DNA of 63,642 nucleotides, filler included, from Phoronis australis (Eukaryota > Animalia > Phoronida): the NCBI GenBank assembly GCA_002633005.1. It is 5 parts of 5 records of this genome, joined end to end, with 100 filler letters (N's around TTAATTAATTAA, not from the genome) between each part and the next. Parts side by side here need not be neighbours in the genome. Positions count along the whole stretch, not along the records: positions 1 to 11,194 come from NMRA01001711.1; positions 11,295 to 20,520 come from NMRA01001152.1; 3 more parts are not named here. One strand, 5' to 3'. The position numbers were made by a program, and so were the translations under genes. Under the pieces are notes generated by a model, which searched no databases, was not told the origin of the DNA, and saw nothing but the letters and a program-made list of their open reading frames with translations. This document shows positions 1 through 13,112 of this stretch, in pieces. Within the stretch, counting starts at the first letter, position 1. Each line of letters opens with the position of its first letter.

Positions 1-485
1 GTTAAATCTAGCCATTAATACCAGTAGAAATAAATACACAGACGCGGGATCTCCCCCAAGAGGTGTGGAAAGACTTTGAGGGCATTACGTTTTGTAAGGT
101 AAAGGCTTGCGAACCCCGGTGGAGAATATGTGTCCACTTCTATATCTCTTCTCCGAAATTAAGCGTGTTCAATGTATAGCAGAGGAATTTCCACGATAAA
201 GAATGAAATAATTTTTCAAAATTAACCATCATAAGATGACCAGGGACATTATTTTTTCTGCATCATGAATAGGCCTTGCATTTCCCTCAACAAATCTTCC
301 CGCCAAAAACCCTTTTTGGTTCTCATGAATCAAATATTCCAAAAAATGCTTGTCTTTTCAGCTATAAAAGCTGACTTCAGTTCATAATTAATAAGTAATG
401 CGTTAATGGATTTCCATCTCTAAGACTCCCCCTGGTTTATCATTCTTCTTGTAGGTAACATTACCATTCTTAGGCAACAACCAAC

Positions 486-631
486 CAGTGGCGGATTTAG
501 AGGGGGGCCAAGGGGGCCATGGCCCCCCTAAAATTCTCCCAGATTCCATTAGGCAGTTCAGAGGTGCGAATGTCTGACGGGTTAATATGCTGTCCTGGCC
601 CTCCTAACTCAAAATACTGGATCCGCCCCTG
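486..631. mobile_element. MITE with CAGTGGCGGAT...ATCCGCCCCTG termini
   Basis: Terminal inverted repeats; related copies at 39417-39647, 49481-49656 and partially at ~59944. Flanks ccaac/acaat are a degenerate 5-bp TSD at best. Confidence 0.7.
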
Positions 632-2062
632 ACAATATCATATTCTCTGACAGTTTATTCCATGAGAGTTTATATATATATATATGTTCAGGTAATACGG
701 TGCAATTTCTTCGAACTCCATTTTCCCTTTTGAGCAGCCTAACTGAAAAGGTGATAGATAAGTGGTTTTGGATTGACCAAAAAATTCTTTTTAATTTACA
801 GCTTAGTCAAATTTCGTCATCACGCGAGCAATAAAGGCATCCATAGCCTGTCAATTACACACGTTTCGTGAGAATGGCCTCTTGAAAGAAAATCTTTTCA
901 TTTCTATTATATTAGTTTAGGAATCGTCACTTAGAAATTACAGTGCTCGGCTCGCTTTCCATTCTCAAAAAACTACGCATACCTTTCCATTGCTCCCCGT
1001 AAATATGCACCATTCAATATCTAACTCAGTTCCTCCTGCCAACGAAAAACGCAGGCGATCGGATACGCTGGATGCACGTGTTCCTATCTCGATCCACGCC
1101 AAATAGAACAAGTGCAACGCTAGGGCGGCGCCCGCATCTCAAAGGATATGTTTTTAGGGCCCACTAGGAGGTGCTGCAGTGGTGGAGTCCGCCCGAAACC
1201 AAATGGTGCCAGTACATTGTCATCATATACCTCTGAAACAACTTTCATTGAAATACATCAATCAATTGTCAAGATGTCACCTAGAAACGCTCTTCCTGTG
1301 CCAAACAACTCTGTGCCTAACAAAATGTTCATTAGGAGGCGCAGCTGTGCTCAATCCATCCACCGCCCTAGAAAATCAAGGAGTGCCAGCCAACCTACTA
1401 TTGTTGTGTAGTGTTTTTGGTGCAAGACGCAGCTAACTGGTTGGATAGATAGATAATGAGTTACTTACGTGTGTCGCTCAAGCTTCGACTTTCAGCACTG
1501 GTCGTGGAAAGCCATAACAAAATGATTAATTCAAGCATGCATATAATTTCCATGTTACACTTTCATTAAAACAACAGACTGTAGTGGTATACGCGTCTCT
1601 GTTCACCATTTGGCACGTTTCACGTGTGTAAAATATGCCGCGTGCCCCAAACTTACGTCTTGCAATTCACAATGAATAGCTTGTCTTGTATCTCAGCACC
1701 TGGGGTTTTTAGGGCGCGCCAAAACACTTTTAAGACCTCCCTGTAGCGCTTTTGGAGTGCGCCAAAAATCCGAAAGCGCAAAAAAACATCGCTTTATGAT
1801 GCATTTTTCAAGTTGAAGAAGCGCATTCTTCCACTTGGCCCTCTAGCTAACGGATACCACACCGCCACTGTTTGCTTGTTCCGGTGGGTGAAACGCACTT
1901 GGCTAAACCTTTTACAATGACAGAAATTTCAGGAACAAACAAGTTGTGTCTTTCGAAAGCTCCAAAGCCTTCAGTTTCCAGTCAGAAGAGTTAAACTGGT
2001 TAAAAATAATCACTCAGAAACCAAAACTGTGCTTACATAGATCTGTTAAGAACGACTGCTGT

Positions 2063-2280
2063 GCATGCGCGCACTCTGCATAAAAAATTGGGAGGCTCGA
2101 ATATTGAGAATTTTACAAAGATTCACGGAGTGCGTTCCGAGCTTTGAATTGTGCATTTGTCGCTTTTTGGTAGTTTTTGTACTTTTAATGTACTTTTGTC
2201 TCGTTTTCTACTCTTTTTCGGAGTTTAGGTTTCTCTGAGACGGATCATTTTACCCACTTCGCCAAATGGGGCAGTCAGCA
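2063..2280 (+). mobile_element. Degenerate copy of CATGCGCGCA-terminus MITE family
   Basis: Aligns by eye to the reverse complement of 9070-9321 and to 18376-18647. Confidence 0.6.
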
Positions 2281-2818
2281 AAGTATTAAAATCCAGTTGA
2301 GGTTAACGACAATTTCATTGACGTCGAATGTTTTCGGTCATCAAATTGGACAAAGAACAAAGAAGACATTCCAAAGTTCCAAACGCTGGATTTGTTCCAC
2401 GACTGTTTTGAGTCTTTCTGTAACGATCAGACTTTTAAATTCAAATGAGGCCGACAGTGAAGAAGAAATAACTTCACTGCGCACGCGCACTCGCTACAGG
2501 TAAAGCCTTTTTCCAAATGCCGTCTATCAAAAGATACGTAAAAGTGTTTACCATCTCAGCAAACAAACCACTGAGTGCACTTAGCCTACTGTTGTCAAGT
2601 GGACTTGGGCTTGGCTAGCACTATAGAAGTTAGGTTCTGCACGTGACCAATGGCGCGTACCCAGCCTGATGGGGACGGCGAATTTTTGAGAAAGTGGTCC
2701 CTTCTTTAAGATTCACTGTGCATTTGCCACAAAACCAAATCAAAACAACTTCGAAGAGGATCCAAGTTCCAAGCCAAGACTCAGACCCATCGCTGCCGCC
2801 CGGGGGGTTCACGGTCTC

Positions 2819-3276
2819 TCGAACTGATTCACCGCCGGGTACGTGCTTGAAATTCGCATGCGTGGTTTGTGGTACCTCTGGTATCCGATCGACTGGTCGC
2901 ACGTGCTTGCTTGACATATTTTGAAAAGCTCTCCATTAAGTACTATACGTACTGTTCAACCATATGTAACCATCAGTCAATTACCTATAGTTGTGCCGTA
3001 CCGTACTGTTGGCGCGCCGGGTCACTGACTCGGGGGGGGGGNCCCGGGGGGCTCATCGAACTGATTCACCGCCGGGTACGTGCTTGAAATTCGCATGCCG
3101 CGTGGTTTGTGGTACCTCTGGTATCCACTGGTCGCACGTGCTTGCTTGACATGTTTTGAAAAGCTCTCCATTAAGTACTATACGTACTGTTCAACCATAT
3201 GTAACCATCAGTCAATTACCTATAGTTGTGCCGTACCGTACTGTTGGCGCGCCGGGTCACTGACTCGGGGGGGGGG
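2819..3276. repeat. Near-identical ~220-bp tandem duplication joined by a single N at 3042 (probable assembly overlap)
   Basis: ~2819-3041 repeats as ~3056-3276; junction is an N inside a G-run. Confidence 0.8.
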
Positions 3277-3859
3277 CTTGTAATGGTCCATGACAAAAAA
3301 GAGGAAAATTTTCTGTGATGTAAAGTACTACAAATAGGGGCCTAAGCAATTGTGATAGAAATATTTTTTGTAACTGTTATAAAAATTTAACTGCAAGAAA
3401 CTTTTCTGTATCATGTGAAGTCAAATCATCATGATGAAAATCATGAAATGAAAAAGAGGGAATTGGAAATCAAATAAGAGAGAATTGAAACTATTTAAGA
3501 CGAAATTCTCTTAAAAGAGGAAATTTCCAAGCCCTGAAAGACCTATCCGATACACCTGACACAAAGTACGCCGGGGCGTAGCTCTTGCCGTTTATTTTTT
3601 TCCTACCGGATCAGTGGCCATAAATTTATATGCCACAACAGTGGCCCCAGTGAATTGCTGGGGGACGGCCCTGTGCGGTGACAGCTACTCTAGTCTATTT
3701 CAACGCCGGCGGTGGGCTGTCCGGCGGCCTAGTTCCAGCCTTATGCGGTGAAACTTTCGTCGAGTGCGCTATCCATAGACACGTCTATGGATGTCTGCGG
3801 TGCCATCCAATTACTCTAGCTAAATTTATCTCGCTATCAGAGCGCCCTCGCATGGTGGA

Positions 3860-3925
3860 TGTCGGAAGCGAATTTTAAAGGCCGTTTCCGGTTCCGTTTC
3901 TTTTCACAACCAGCAACGAGGCAAA
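3860..3925 (+). promoter_or_regulatory. Putative RSL24D1 core promoter/5'UTR
   Basis: CpG-rich region with ETS-like CGGAAG/TTCCGG motifs and a pyrimidine run (tttcttttc) just upstream of the ATG at 3926. Confidence 0.45.
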
Positions 3926-6900
3926 ATGAGACTCGAAAAGTGTTATTTTTGTTCATCAACAGTGTACCCAGGGCACGGTATACAGTTCGTTAGAAATGAT
4001 TGTAAGGTATGGAAGACTCTAATGAAGCATATTGTGTAATTATATGAGTACAGCTCTTGTGTTTTATTTCCAGTTTCCTGGACCGCGTCGTCACTAGACG
4101 TCAGGTTGATCATGCTGTTGCCGTTGCCGACTAGCCGGACTGTCTAGAGTCAGAGAGTGGATTTGAGGCATGGTTGGATAGCCAGCCAGCTAGCTGTATG
4201 AAGACTATCGTCAAAATATATCTAGGAATCACTGTGTGTTAAGCTTCAATAGACCTCGAAACTTCACACAGCCCGGGTACTTCTCGCCACTTCGTTGTGA
4301 AACTTATCAAAATGTAGATGTAGCAGCTTTGAGGGTAAAAAACTTAAAAAAAGACAACATCTGACATAAAATTAGTGTCATTAAAAACTAAACTCTTCCT
4401 TGAATAAACTAAATTATTTGTGGATGCTGAAAAAACATTATTCTGCTGCTACTATTTTGCGTCGACTTTCGGCTAAATATTGCGTCACCTAGTATTGGCC
4501 AGTTTCTTTTTTCGCCAATTCTTGAATCAACTGTTGTTGTTTCGTGAGGTTGCATACAGGTCTCAATAAATTATCGGAAATGGTTCCACTTCATTATTAC
4601 AATTTTTTATAATTTTGATACCATCAAACGCAACTTCAGAATTTCTGCTGCGAATTTGTCATCATCTCCCGAGAGATGTTGCAGAAATTTAGGACATAGT
4701 GCTTACGTGTGTCGAGAGCATACTGCTTACAAGAACGATGACATACTTTTCTTTGCTACTAAAGGCGGGAGAATTAGGTCAGAAAATGACATTTATTGAA
4801 GTGTTTTTCACTTAATTGGCTGTAACAGACAAGGCGAGTGTGAGATGACCCCCAGATTTTGCATGCACTCCCGCCGGTCTTTAGCTCTTCATGTTGATAC
4901 AAGTTTCATGGCGCGATGACGAGCAGAACTAATCTGGCTGTGTGCAATTTTGAGGACTGTCGGCACTAAACACACAGTGGTATGGTCTAGCTCTATTTTG
5001 ACGATAGTCTTCATACATCTACCTGGCTGGTTAAGATGTAACATGCTATTACTGTAAGCCAACACTCAACTCTTAAATAGAGCTGGAGGTTCACTGGAGG
5101 GCTTTCCACCACTTGGTGAAATGAATATAAACCAAAAGTATCTATAGGGGGAAATTCTTGTTCCGTGTGTTAGTACTAACCAAAGTTAAGTATTCGTGCA
5201 ACAAAACAAAGACGGGATATTTTACATTAGATTAAAAAAAAAAATCTTGTCTCACTCTCTGTCTACCATCAGGGATCAGATGTTGTAACAGTTGTTCGAG
5301 AAACATGATAACAAAATAAACAATCCCTATGATAAAACGAAGATATATTATGGGGGAAAATATTTACACGGTACTTCAGTCATCATTCTTCATAGACCAT
5401 CGACAGTGTGTGGCAAAATTCTTGCCTTACTTCAACAATAGAAAGAAATGAAACACACTTTAAGATTCGGCAAAATTACATGACAGAACATCCTCAATGG
5501 TTAAATGTCAGGATGACAGAGACACCAATAGGGAAAACCAACAATTACCTCTATTAAAGCCTGGTATCCTGACAATTGATAATTGGATTTTAATTCGATA
5601 ATTAATGGCTCGCGAATTTTAAATCTAAATACATCCCATTCATTGTAACAAATGCAGGTGTTGTCTACTATTTCAGCACTAATGATGTTTTTCCATGGAC
5701 CAATTGGAAATGATCTTTAATGAACATGTTTTGTAAATGAAATGTCAGCTGCAAGAGCTAGCTGTAGTTTCTGTGCACGTGGAATGTCCTATATACACCA
5801 CTAGGTGTCAGGGATTCAACGAATGCCTGGAAAATCAAAGTTAAGCCGCGAGTTCAATGAGACTTGTTTGAAAGAAGGGTTACTGCCAGCTTCTGATGTG
5901 AAATCTACGGCTAGTCAAACACCAGCAAAATGTCCGGTGAGACACACTGTAGGCGTATCAAATGTAATCAGATGCTATGTACTACACAGTTGTTGATATT
6001 AGATTTTCAGATTTTGTCGATCCAAATGTCACAAGGCTTTCAAGAAGAAGCGAAATCCCCGCAAAACAAAGTGGACGAAGGCATTCAGGAAGGCTGCAGG
6101 GAAAGATCTGGCGGTAGACCCAGCGTTTGAGTTTGAGAAGAGGAGGCATGAGCCAGTGAAATATGATAGACAGCTGTGGAAGAATACAGGTGAGCATGCG
6201 GTAGTGTCTGTGGTATTTTTTAAAATTTGTTCAGTTTTTAAAATATATATAGGTAAATAAAACAACAATAATGGATCAATTTATCGTGTTCATTACGCCA
6301 AATATCAGATGAAAATTTCCGTTGATCCACTATTGTTGTTTTATTTACCTATATATATATTCTAAATTTCCTTTGGAGGATCTGGATCGCCTCTTGTAGT
6401 TTCAGATTTGTCTTCTACGTTATTCAGTTTTTAAAAACAACACTGGTGATCAACAAAATTAGCGCAGGTGCTGCTATGAGGCAATGGTTAAAACCTATTT
6501 TCTGTGATCTGTGGCCAGTCAGGAGGGAATGTAGCTCACTTGCAGGTGTTAATGTACGGTTTGTGAAAAAAGGTTCAAGACGCTGGCTNAAAATACATCT
6601 AGGAATCACTATGTGTTAAGCTTCAATAGACCTCGAAACTTCACACAGCCCGGGTACTTCTCGCCACTTCGTCGTGAAACTTATCAAAATGTAGATGTAG
6701 CAGCTTCGAGGGTAAAAAACTTAAAAAAAGATAACGTCTGACATAAAATTAGTGTCGTTAAAAACTAAACTCTTCCTTGAATAAACTAAATTATTTGTGG
6801 ATGCTGAAAAACCATTATATTCTGCTGCTACTATTTTGCGTCGACTTTCGGCTAAATATTGCGTCACCTAGTATTGGCCATTTTCTTTTTTCGCCAATTC

Positions 6901-9900
6901 TTGAATCAACTGTTGTTGTTTCGTGAGGTTGCATACAGGTCTCAATAAATTGTCGGAAATGGTTCCACTTCATTATTATAAATTTTTATAATTTTGATAC
7001 CATCAAACGCAACTTCAGAATTTGTGCTGCGAATCTGTCATCATGTCCCGAGAGATGTTGCAGAAATTTAGGACATAGTGCTCACGTGTGTCAAGAGCAT
7101 ACTGCTTACAAGAACGATGACATACTTTTCTTTGCTACTAAAGGCGGGAGAATTAGGTCAGAAAATGACATTTATTGAAGTGTTTTTCACTTAATTGGCT
7201 GTAACAGACAAGGCAAGTGTGAGATGACCCCCAGATTTTGCATGCACTCCCGCCGGTCTTTAGCTCTTCATGTTGATACAAGTTTCATGGCGCGATGATG
7301 AGCAGAACTAATCTGGCTGTGTGCAATTTTGAGGACTGTCGGCACTAAACACACAGTGGTATGGTCTAGCTCTATTTTGACGATAGTCTTCATACATCTA
7401 CCTGGCTGGTTAAGATGTAACATGCTATTACTGTAAGCCAACACTCAACTCTTAAATAGAGCTGAAGGTTCACTGGAGGGCTTTCCACCACTTGGTGAAA
7501 TGAATATAAACCAAAAGTATCTATAGGGGGAAATTCTTGTTCCGTGTGTTAGTACTAACCAAAGTTAAGTATTCGTGCAACAAAACAAAGACGGGATATT
7601 TTACATTAGATTAAAAAAAAAAATCTTGTCTCACTCTCTGTCTACCATCAGGGATCAGATGTTGTAACAGTTGTTCGAGAAACATGACAACAAAATAAAC
7701 AATCCCTATGATAAAACGAAGATATATTATGTTGGAAAATATTTACACGGTACTTCAGTCATCATTCTTCATAGACCATCGACAGTGTGTGGCAAAATTC
7801 CTGCCTTACTTCAACAATAGAAAGAAATGAAACACACTTTAAGATTCGGCAAAATTACATGACACAACATCCTCAATGGTTAAATGTCAGGATGACAGAG
7901 ACACCACTAGGGAAAACCAACAATTACCTCTATTAAAGCCTGGTATCCTGACAATTGATAATTGGATTTTAATTCGATAATTAATGCCTCGCGAATTTTA
8001 AATCTAAATGCATCCCATTCAATGTAACAAATGCACGTGTTGTCTACTATTTCAGCACTAATGATGTTTTTCCATGGACCAATTGGAAATGATCTTTAAT
8101 GAACATGTTTTGTAAATGAAATGTCAGCTGCAAGAGCTAGCTGTAGTTTCTGTGCACGTGGAATGTCCTATATACACCACTAGGTGTAAGGGATTCAAGG
8201 AATGCCTGGAAAATCAAAGTTAAGCCGCGAGTTCAATGAGACCTGTTTGAAAGAAGGGTTACTGCCAGCTTCTGATGTGAAATCTACGGCTAGTCAAACA
8301 CCAGCAAAATGTCCGGTGAGACACACTGTAGGTGTATCAAATGTAATCAGATGCTATGTACTACACAGTTGTTGATATTAGATTTTCAGATTTTGTCGAT
8401 CCAAATGTCACAAGGCTTTCAAGAAGAAGCGAAATCCCCGCAAAACAAAGTGGACGAAGGCATTCAGGAAGGCTGCGGGGAAAGATCTGGCGGTAGACCC
8501 AGCATTTGAGTTTGAGAAGAGGAGGCATGAGCCAGTGAAATATGATAGACAGCTGTGGAAGAATACAGGTGAGCATGCGGTAGTGTCTGTGGTATTTTTT
8601 AAAAATGTTCAGTTTTTAAAATATATATAGGTAAATAAAACAACAATAATGGATCAATTTATCGTGTTCATTTCGCCAAATATCAGATGAAAATTTCCGT
8701 TGATCCACTATTGTTGTTTTATTTACCTATATATATATTCTAAATTTCCTTTGGAGGATCTGGATCGTCTCTTGTAGTTTCAGATTTGTCTTCTACGTTA
8801 TTCAGTTTTTAAAAACAACACTGGTGATCAACAAAATTAGCGCAGGTGCTGCTATGAGGCAATGGTTAAAACCTATTTTCTGTGATCGATGGCCAGTCAG
8901 GAGGGAATGTAGCTCACTTGCAGGTGTTAATGTACGGTTTGTGAAAAAAGGTTCAAGACGCTGGCTGAAATTTCTGCAATTTACTTTTGTTTCTTTAAAG
9001 TGACATAATCAGTGCAAAAAGTGGTTTTCTGAGATTAGCCCCAGTGAGAAATGGAACGTGCGACCCTTTCATGCGCGCACTTAGGCGGGGGCCTCAAATG
9101 AGCTGCCCCTCATTTGGCGAATTGGGCAAAAAGTTCTGCCTCAGTGAAACAAAAACACCGAAAAAGTAGAAAAACGAGACAAATGTCTACTAAAAAGGCA
9201 GGAACAACCAAAATCAGTGAATGCACAAATCATGGATCTGAAAATACCCGTGAATCTTAGTGAAAGGTCCACAGTCTCAAAAATTCGAGTCCCCCCATGT
9301 TTTTGGCTGGGCGCATGCATGCCTTTAGGGGTCGTGAAACGATAATGTCTCTTGAACATTTGCTCTGTCTTTTACAGTTAAGGCGGTCAAGAGAATTGAG
9401 GAGATCAAAGTTAAAAGACAGAATCAGTTTATTAAGAACAGGTAAAGATTTTCAGACTGTTACACTGTTATTCCTTATTTCAGTCGGTGTACATGATGGC
9501 GTTATCACTTGCATACGCTCATGGTAACCCTTTCATGACACTATTTTGGGAAACAATTTTTATCACTGCTTGGAGTATATTGCCGAACGGATGTTTTGTC
9601 TAAATAATTCAAACATGAAGTGAGACCTTTCATGACAAAGAAGGTGAAATTGTATGAAATTAAGAGAATACTTATAATAGAAATGATATGTTGATACACA
9701 AGTGTGTCCATGGTCTGGTACATTATGTTTTATGCTTATGACTTTATAGTCCAAGATCGTACTCAGCAACCCCTTGATTTGGGCTACAGAATCTAGTAAA
9801 AATTATAATTTTGAGTAAATACTGGAAATTTTGAGTTCAGTCGCAAACTTTTGAACTTAATGCTGGCGTCACCAGAAGTGCAAACTAGGATTGAATAGTT

Positions 9901-11001
9901 ATCCATGTAAGTCATTTGATTATAATAGAATAATACGCTGTAATGAATTCACACAAATTTAATTAGAATAGAAAATGTAGAACAAAGATGTAGTCTATTT
10001 TCTGTGGCTGCATCTTGTAGTATCGTGCACCTGATACTAGGGAAATTCACTTTTTCGCCTCGTGAAAGAGGAGAGTTCTGTTCAGGATGGTGCTTTTTCA
10101 GTAGTATGACTTACTGAATTCTGCCTCCCGTTCAGTAACGCTAGGACCTCGCTAAAAAGCAAGACTTTGCGAGATTGCGTGATAAATTGCCGTGTATTTT
10201 AAATGAGAGCACGTGACTTTGACTAGGTTTTAGCTAGGTCCTAGCGTAGGTCCTAGCGTCTACTGAACGCACGCCTGGTCTGTGGCTCTCTTACATTCAC
10301 ACAAATAGATAACTGTGTTGGATGTCCATGTTGTTGACGTCTGGTGTGTTTCTATTGCAGACTGAAGAAGGGGAAGGAACTACGGAAGGAAGCTGACATT
10401 AAGGAAGTCCAAAAGAACATTCATCTCATCAAATCTCCTGCAGGTGATGCTGATAGTATTTATTTACAGTCAGAGCTCCAGTTTGTGACTGATCTGGGGA
10501 GAGCTTAGTGGGCTTAAACCTCTCAGGAAATGACCTCAATGGCGGACATGTTGTCTCCTCTTGTGACTAGGATTTAATATGCCGCGAGAGAAAGAGTAGC
10601 CCAACCACCCCATTTCAAAGCAATAATCATGACAAAATAAACAGTTGAAACCACGATGCAAAGTGCAGAATGAATGTGTAGATGAGCAAATCTTTAGCGT
10701 AAAAGATTCTTGAGACATGTGCCATGTGACGGTGCCGAAGTTAAATATCACCACATAAAATGCAAATTATAAATCTGGTTACACTATCACATGTTATCTG
10801 TGATGTCACCGAATGTTTACGATCCATCAACCAGCCCACAATGCATTTGAAAAACTTCAGCAGTGCAAATTGTAATTCATTGTCACTCAATTTCTTCGAT
10901 GCTAAATGAATTGTTTTCTTTTTACAGCGAAATCGGCAAAGCTGGAGAAGAAGCTGGTGCAAGTCATCGAAGAATCCGACGAGGAAATGGACGCTAATTA
11001 G
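3926..11001 (+). CDS. RSL24D1: Ribosome biogenesis protein RLP24 / ribosomal L24 domain-containing 1, 162 aa; exons 3926-4006, 6003-6189 (duplicate at 8382-8568), 9378-9441, 10361-10443, 10928-11001
   Basis: GT-AG spliced product [27 protein letters not shown]|[62 protein letters not shown]|[21 protein letters not shown]|[28 protein letters not shown]|[24 protein letters not shown]. 489 nt, phases consistent, closely matches RSL24D1/RLP24 family. Confidence 0.97.
4179..5033. mobile_element. Non-autonomous DNA transposon with ~45-60-bp TIRs (TAG terminus, Academ-like) in RSL24D1 intron 1
   Basis: tagccagccagctagctgtatgaagactatcgtcaaaata at left and tattttgacgatagtcttcatacatctacctggctggtta at right. 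Superfamily inferred only from the TAG terminus. Confidence 0.7.
6244..6358. mobile_element. Small hairpin MITE with ~35-bp TIRs in TA context (duplicate ~8622-8737)
   Basis: tatataggtaaataaaacaacaataatggatcaa ... ttgatccactattgttgttttatttacctatata. Confidence 0.7.
8382..8568 (+). CDS. RSL24D1: Second copy of RSL24D1 exon 2 (187 nt)
   Basis: Intact AG/GT boundaries; differs from 6003-6189 by two synonymous Ala codon changes (gca/gcg). Confidence 0.85.
9070..9321 (-). mobile_element. CATG-terminus MITE with 5-bp TSD CCTTT
   Basis: ccttt|catgcgcgcac ... gcgcatgcatg|ccttt. Confidence 0.8.
10129..10270. mobile_element. Palindromic MITE (possibly Harbinger-type)
   Basis: cgttcagtaacgctaggacct ... 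aggtcctagcgtctactgaacg inverted ends. Confidence 0.55.
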
Positions 11002-11194
11002 GGCCATAATGTGAATTTTATAAGAGCTGTGTCTCTACATTGTTTCGCTCATGATTTTTGTAATGTTGGGGAAGTTTAAGCGTATTTGCCGCCATCTTGA
11101 CTCTAGTGGTTATAACACATAAAGCAAATTAATCAGATGTATTCCATTTCATGACTTGTTATCCTGACTACTCCTGCTGGGAATTCTGCTTGTA

Positions 11195-11294
11195 NNNNNN
11201 NNNNNNNNNNNNNNNNNNNNNNNNNNNNNNNNNNNNNNTTAATTAATTAANNNNNNNNNNNNNNNNNNNNNNNNNNNNNNNNNNNNNNNNNNNN
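11195..11294. other. Artificial assembly linker N44-TTAATTAATTAA-N44
   Basis: Identical 100-nt structure also at 20521-20620, 47049-47148 and 57949-58048; 12-mer has stops in all six frames. Confidence 0.95.
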
Positions 11295-11310
11295 CACCAT
11301 CATCACCATC

Positions 11311-11341
<31 letters not shown>

Positions 11342-11432
11342 CCATCATCACCATCATCATCATCACCAGCATCATCATCATCACCATCATCATCACCATA
11401 TGCATCATCATCATCATCATCACCACCACCAA
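11295..11432. repeat. (CAT/CAC)n microsatellite
   Basis: Directly visible; explains the poly-D and poly-M ORFs. Confidence 0.95.
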
Positions 11433-11797
11433 ACATGCCAAAAATGCGGAGGAAAAAATCAGCGATTGGCTATTCCTAGTCAAATTTCGGTTTGATGGCT
11501 ACAAACAAAAGACAAAAGTTAGTCTCTTTCAGCGGAAGACCCGTCGGGTGTGTTTCATAAAATATGATTTAAGACTTGAGCCAAAACTTTGGTCTTGAGG
11601 TCCACATAGAAAAATGAATTAAATCCCACTTGAGCAAAGGTGCAAAGTTCCTAAGAATATGAACAAAACTGCTACTTACTCAGATAATTCATAATATTTA
11701 TTTCTACACTTTGACGCGTTCATAATTATTTGGCTAAACTTGTTTTCAGTATCTGTGAAGTGGGAGTATCAGACCAAATTTCTGTCTTGAGACTTAA

Positions 11798-13112
11798 AGG
11801 CGAAGGCAACCTTTTTTCGTGTCCTTTTTAGCAAAAATAGGGTTCGTTGATTATCCCAGACATATTTTTCACTAATTTACAGCTTTTTGTAATTCAATTA
11901 ATTACTCCTTGTCTACTCCGGAAGTGACGTTTTGGGAGGCAAGAATTTCGCGACAATTTCTTTTCACACGGTCTGACTCTGAGAGCAGCCGAGTCAGCCA
12001 TTGTTCTACCTCGGTGGTGATAAGTTCGGTCGTCGTTTACTTTTGTTTACGAATCAGTCAACATGCCACGCTATTGCTGCCTACCGAGATGTACATTATC
12101 GTCTAAGTACGTACAGAGGAAGAACTATCCCACTTGCCCGAGTGTCCCGCGGCACACTCCCAGTGGATGGTGACTTGAGCACCCAAACTGCTTACATCCC
12201 GCCGTGGGACTCCCTAGTCACACACGTGGCACCTTCTAAATAGCTCCAATACAAGTCCACAATAAACTTATCAAACTTAGGCTCACCGATCTGTTCATTG
12301 GATGATGACGAACTGTTCTTTTCATTGGGTGTCAAACTGGGCCTGTATTCACTCCCACTACTCAACATCGCTGCAGGGCTGCTTACAGGCTCTGAGCTAG
12401 AGACAACAGCACACGGGGAATCACTGCTAGTTCCTGGAATTGCACGCTATGGGGTACGTTCGGAGGCATGGGTGACAGTGGATGAAGTGCCTCCAGTCAC
12501 TGTTTATAGTGGCCACAGCTCGCGAGGCTTCTCGCTTCAAAAACGCACTTCTCGGGGGTGGCGACGCTGCACTGCCTGGAATCAACAGTGACGGTATGGA
12601 AGCCTTCTTTAGGCGTTGTTTCGCAGGGACCTTCATCAATTCAGCGTACACATCTCTGTCGTAATCTGACGGCTGAAAATGCTTGCCACTGCTTTGTACG
12701 TTTCATGGACGGGTAGCGCTGCGTTCTTCACACGAACGAGCTAGCCAAGTACGACGAAGTGTGTCATCCTTCGGAAAGCGATGCAAGATACCCAAAGCGC
12801 GTGTGACAGACGATAATGAGTACATCCCGGCACGCAGCAACAGCGTGGCATGTTGACTGACTCGTAAACAAAAGCAAATGACGACCGAACTTATCACATC
12901 CGAGGTAGAAAAATGACTGATTGACAGCTCTCACAGTCTGACTGTATGAAAAAAATGGCGCGAAATTCTTGCCTCCCAAAACGTCACTTCCGGAGTAGAG
13001 GACGAGAGATTAATTAAATTACGAAAAGCTGTAATTAAGTGAAAAATATGTCTGGGATAATCAACAGACCTCATTTTTGCTAAAAGTGACTTAAAAAAGG
13101 TTGCCTTCGCTT
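11798..13112 (-). mobile_element. Internally deleted Kolobok-type DNA transposon with ~305-bp inverted arms, TTAA TSD and a decayed THAP-domain ORF
   Basis: TTAA|AGGCGAAGG...CCTTCGCTT|TTAA. Minus-strand translation from 12851, across frameshifts and stops: MPRCCCVPGC...LHRFPKDDTLRRTWLAR...KHFQPSDY...RLKKASIPSL (THAP), then KFIV...LELFRRCHVC...VTIHWECAAGHSGKW (Kolobok-like Cys/His region). Confidence 0.85.

Larger units (their letters stand above)
4213..8966. repeat. ~2.38-kb tandem duplication (4213-6588 / 6590-8966) containing RSL24D1 exon 2
   Basis: Copies differ only by scattered substitutions and small indels; separated by a single N at 6589. Confidence 0.93.

Noticed and set aside
2819-3276. 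Tandem duplication as a regulatory repeat upstream of RSL24D1
   Set aside because: Single-N join in a homopolymer indicates overlapping contig ends.
11239-11250. TTAATTAATTAA palindromes recurring four times within N-runs
   Set aside because: Identical N44-12mer-N44 layout with six-frame stops is an assembly linker, not biology; adjacency across these points is uncertain.
11239-11483. Poly-Asp and poly-Met ORFs
   Set aside because: Translation of a (CAT)n microsatellite running into a gap.
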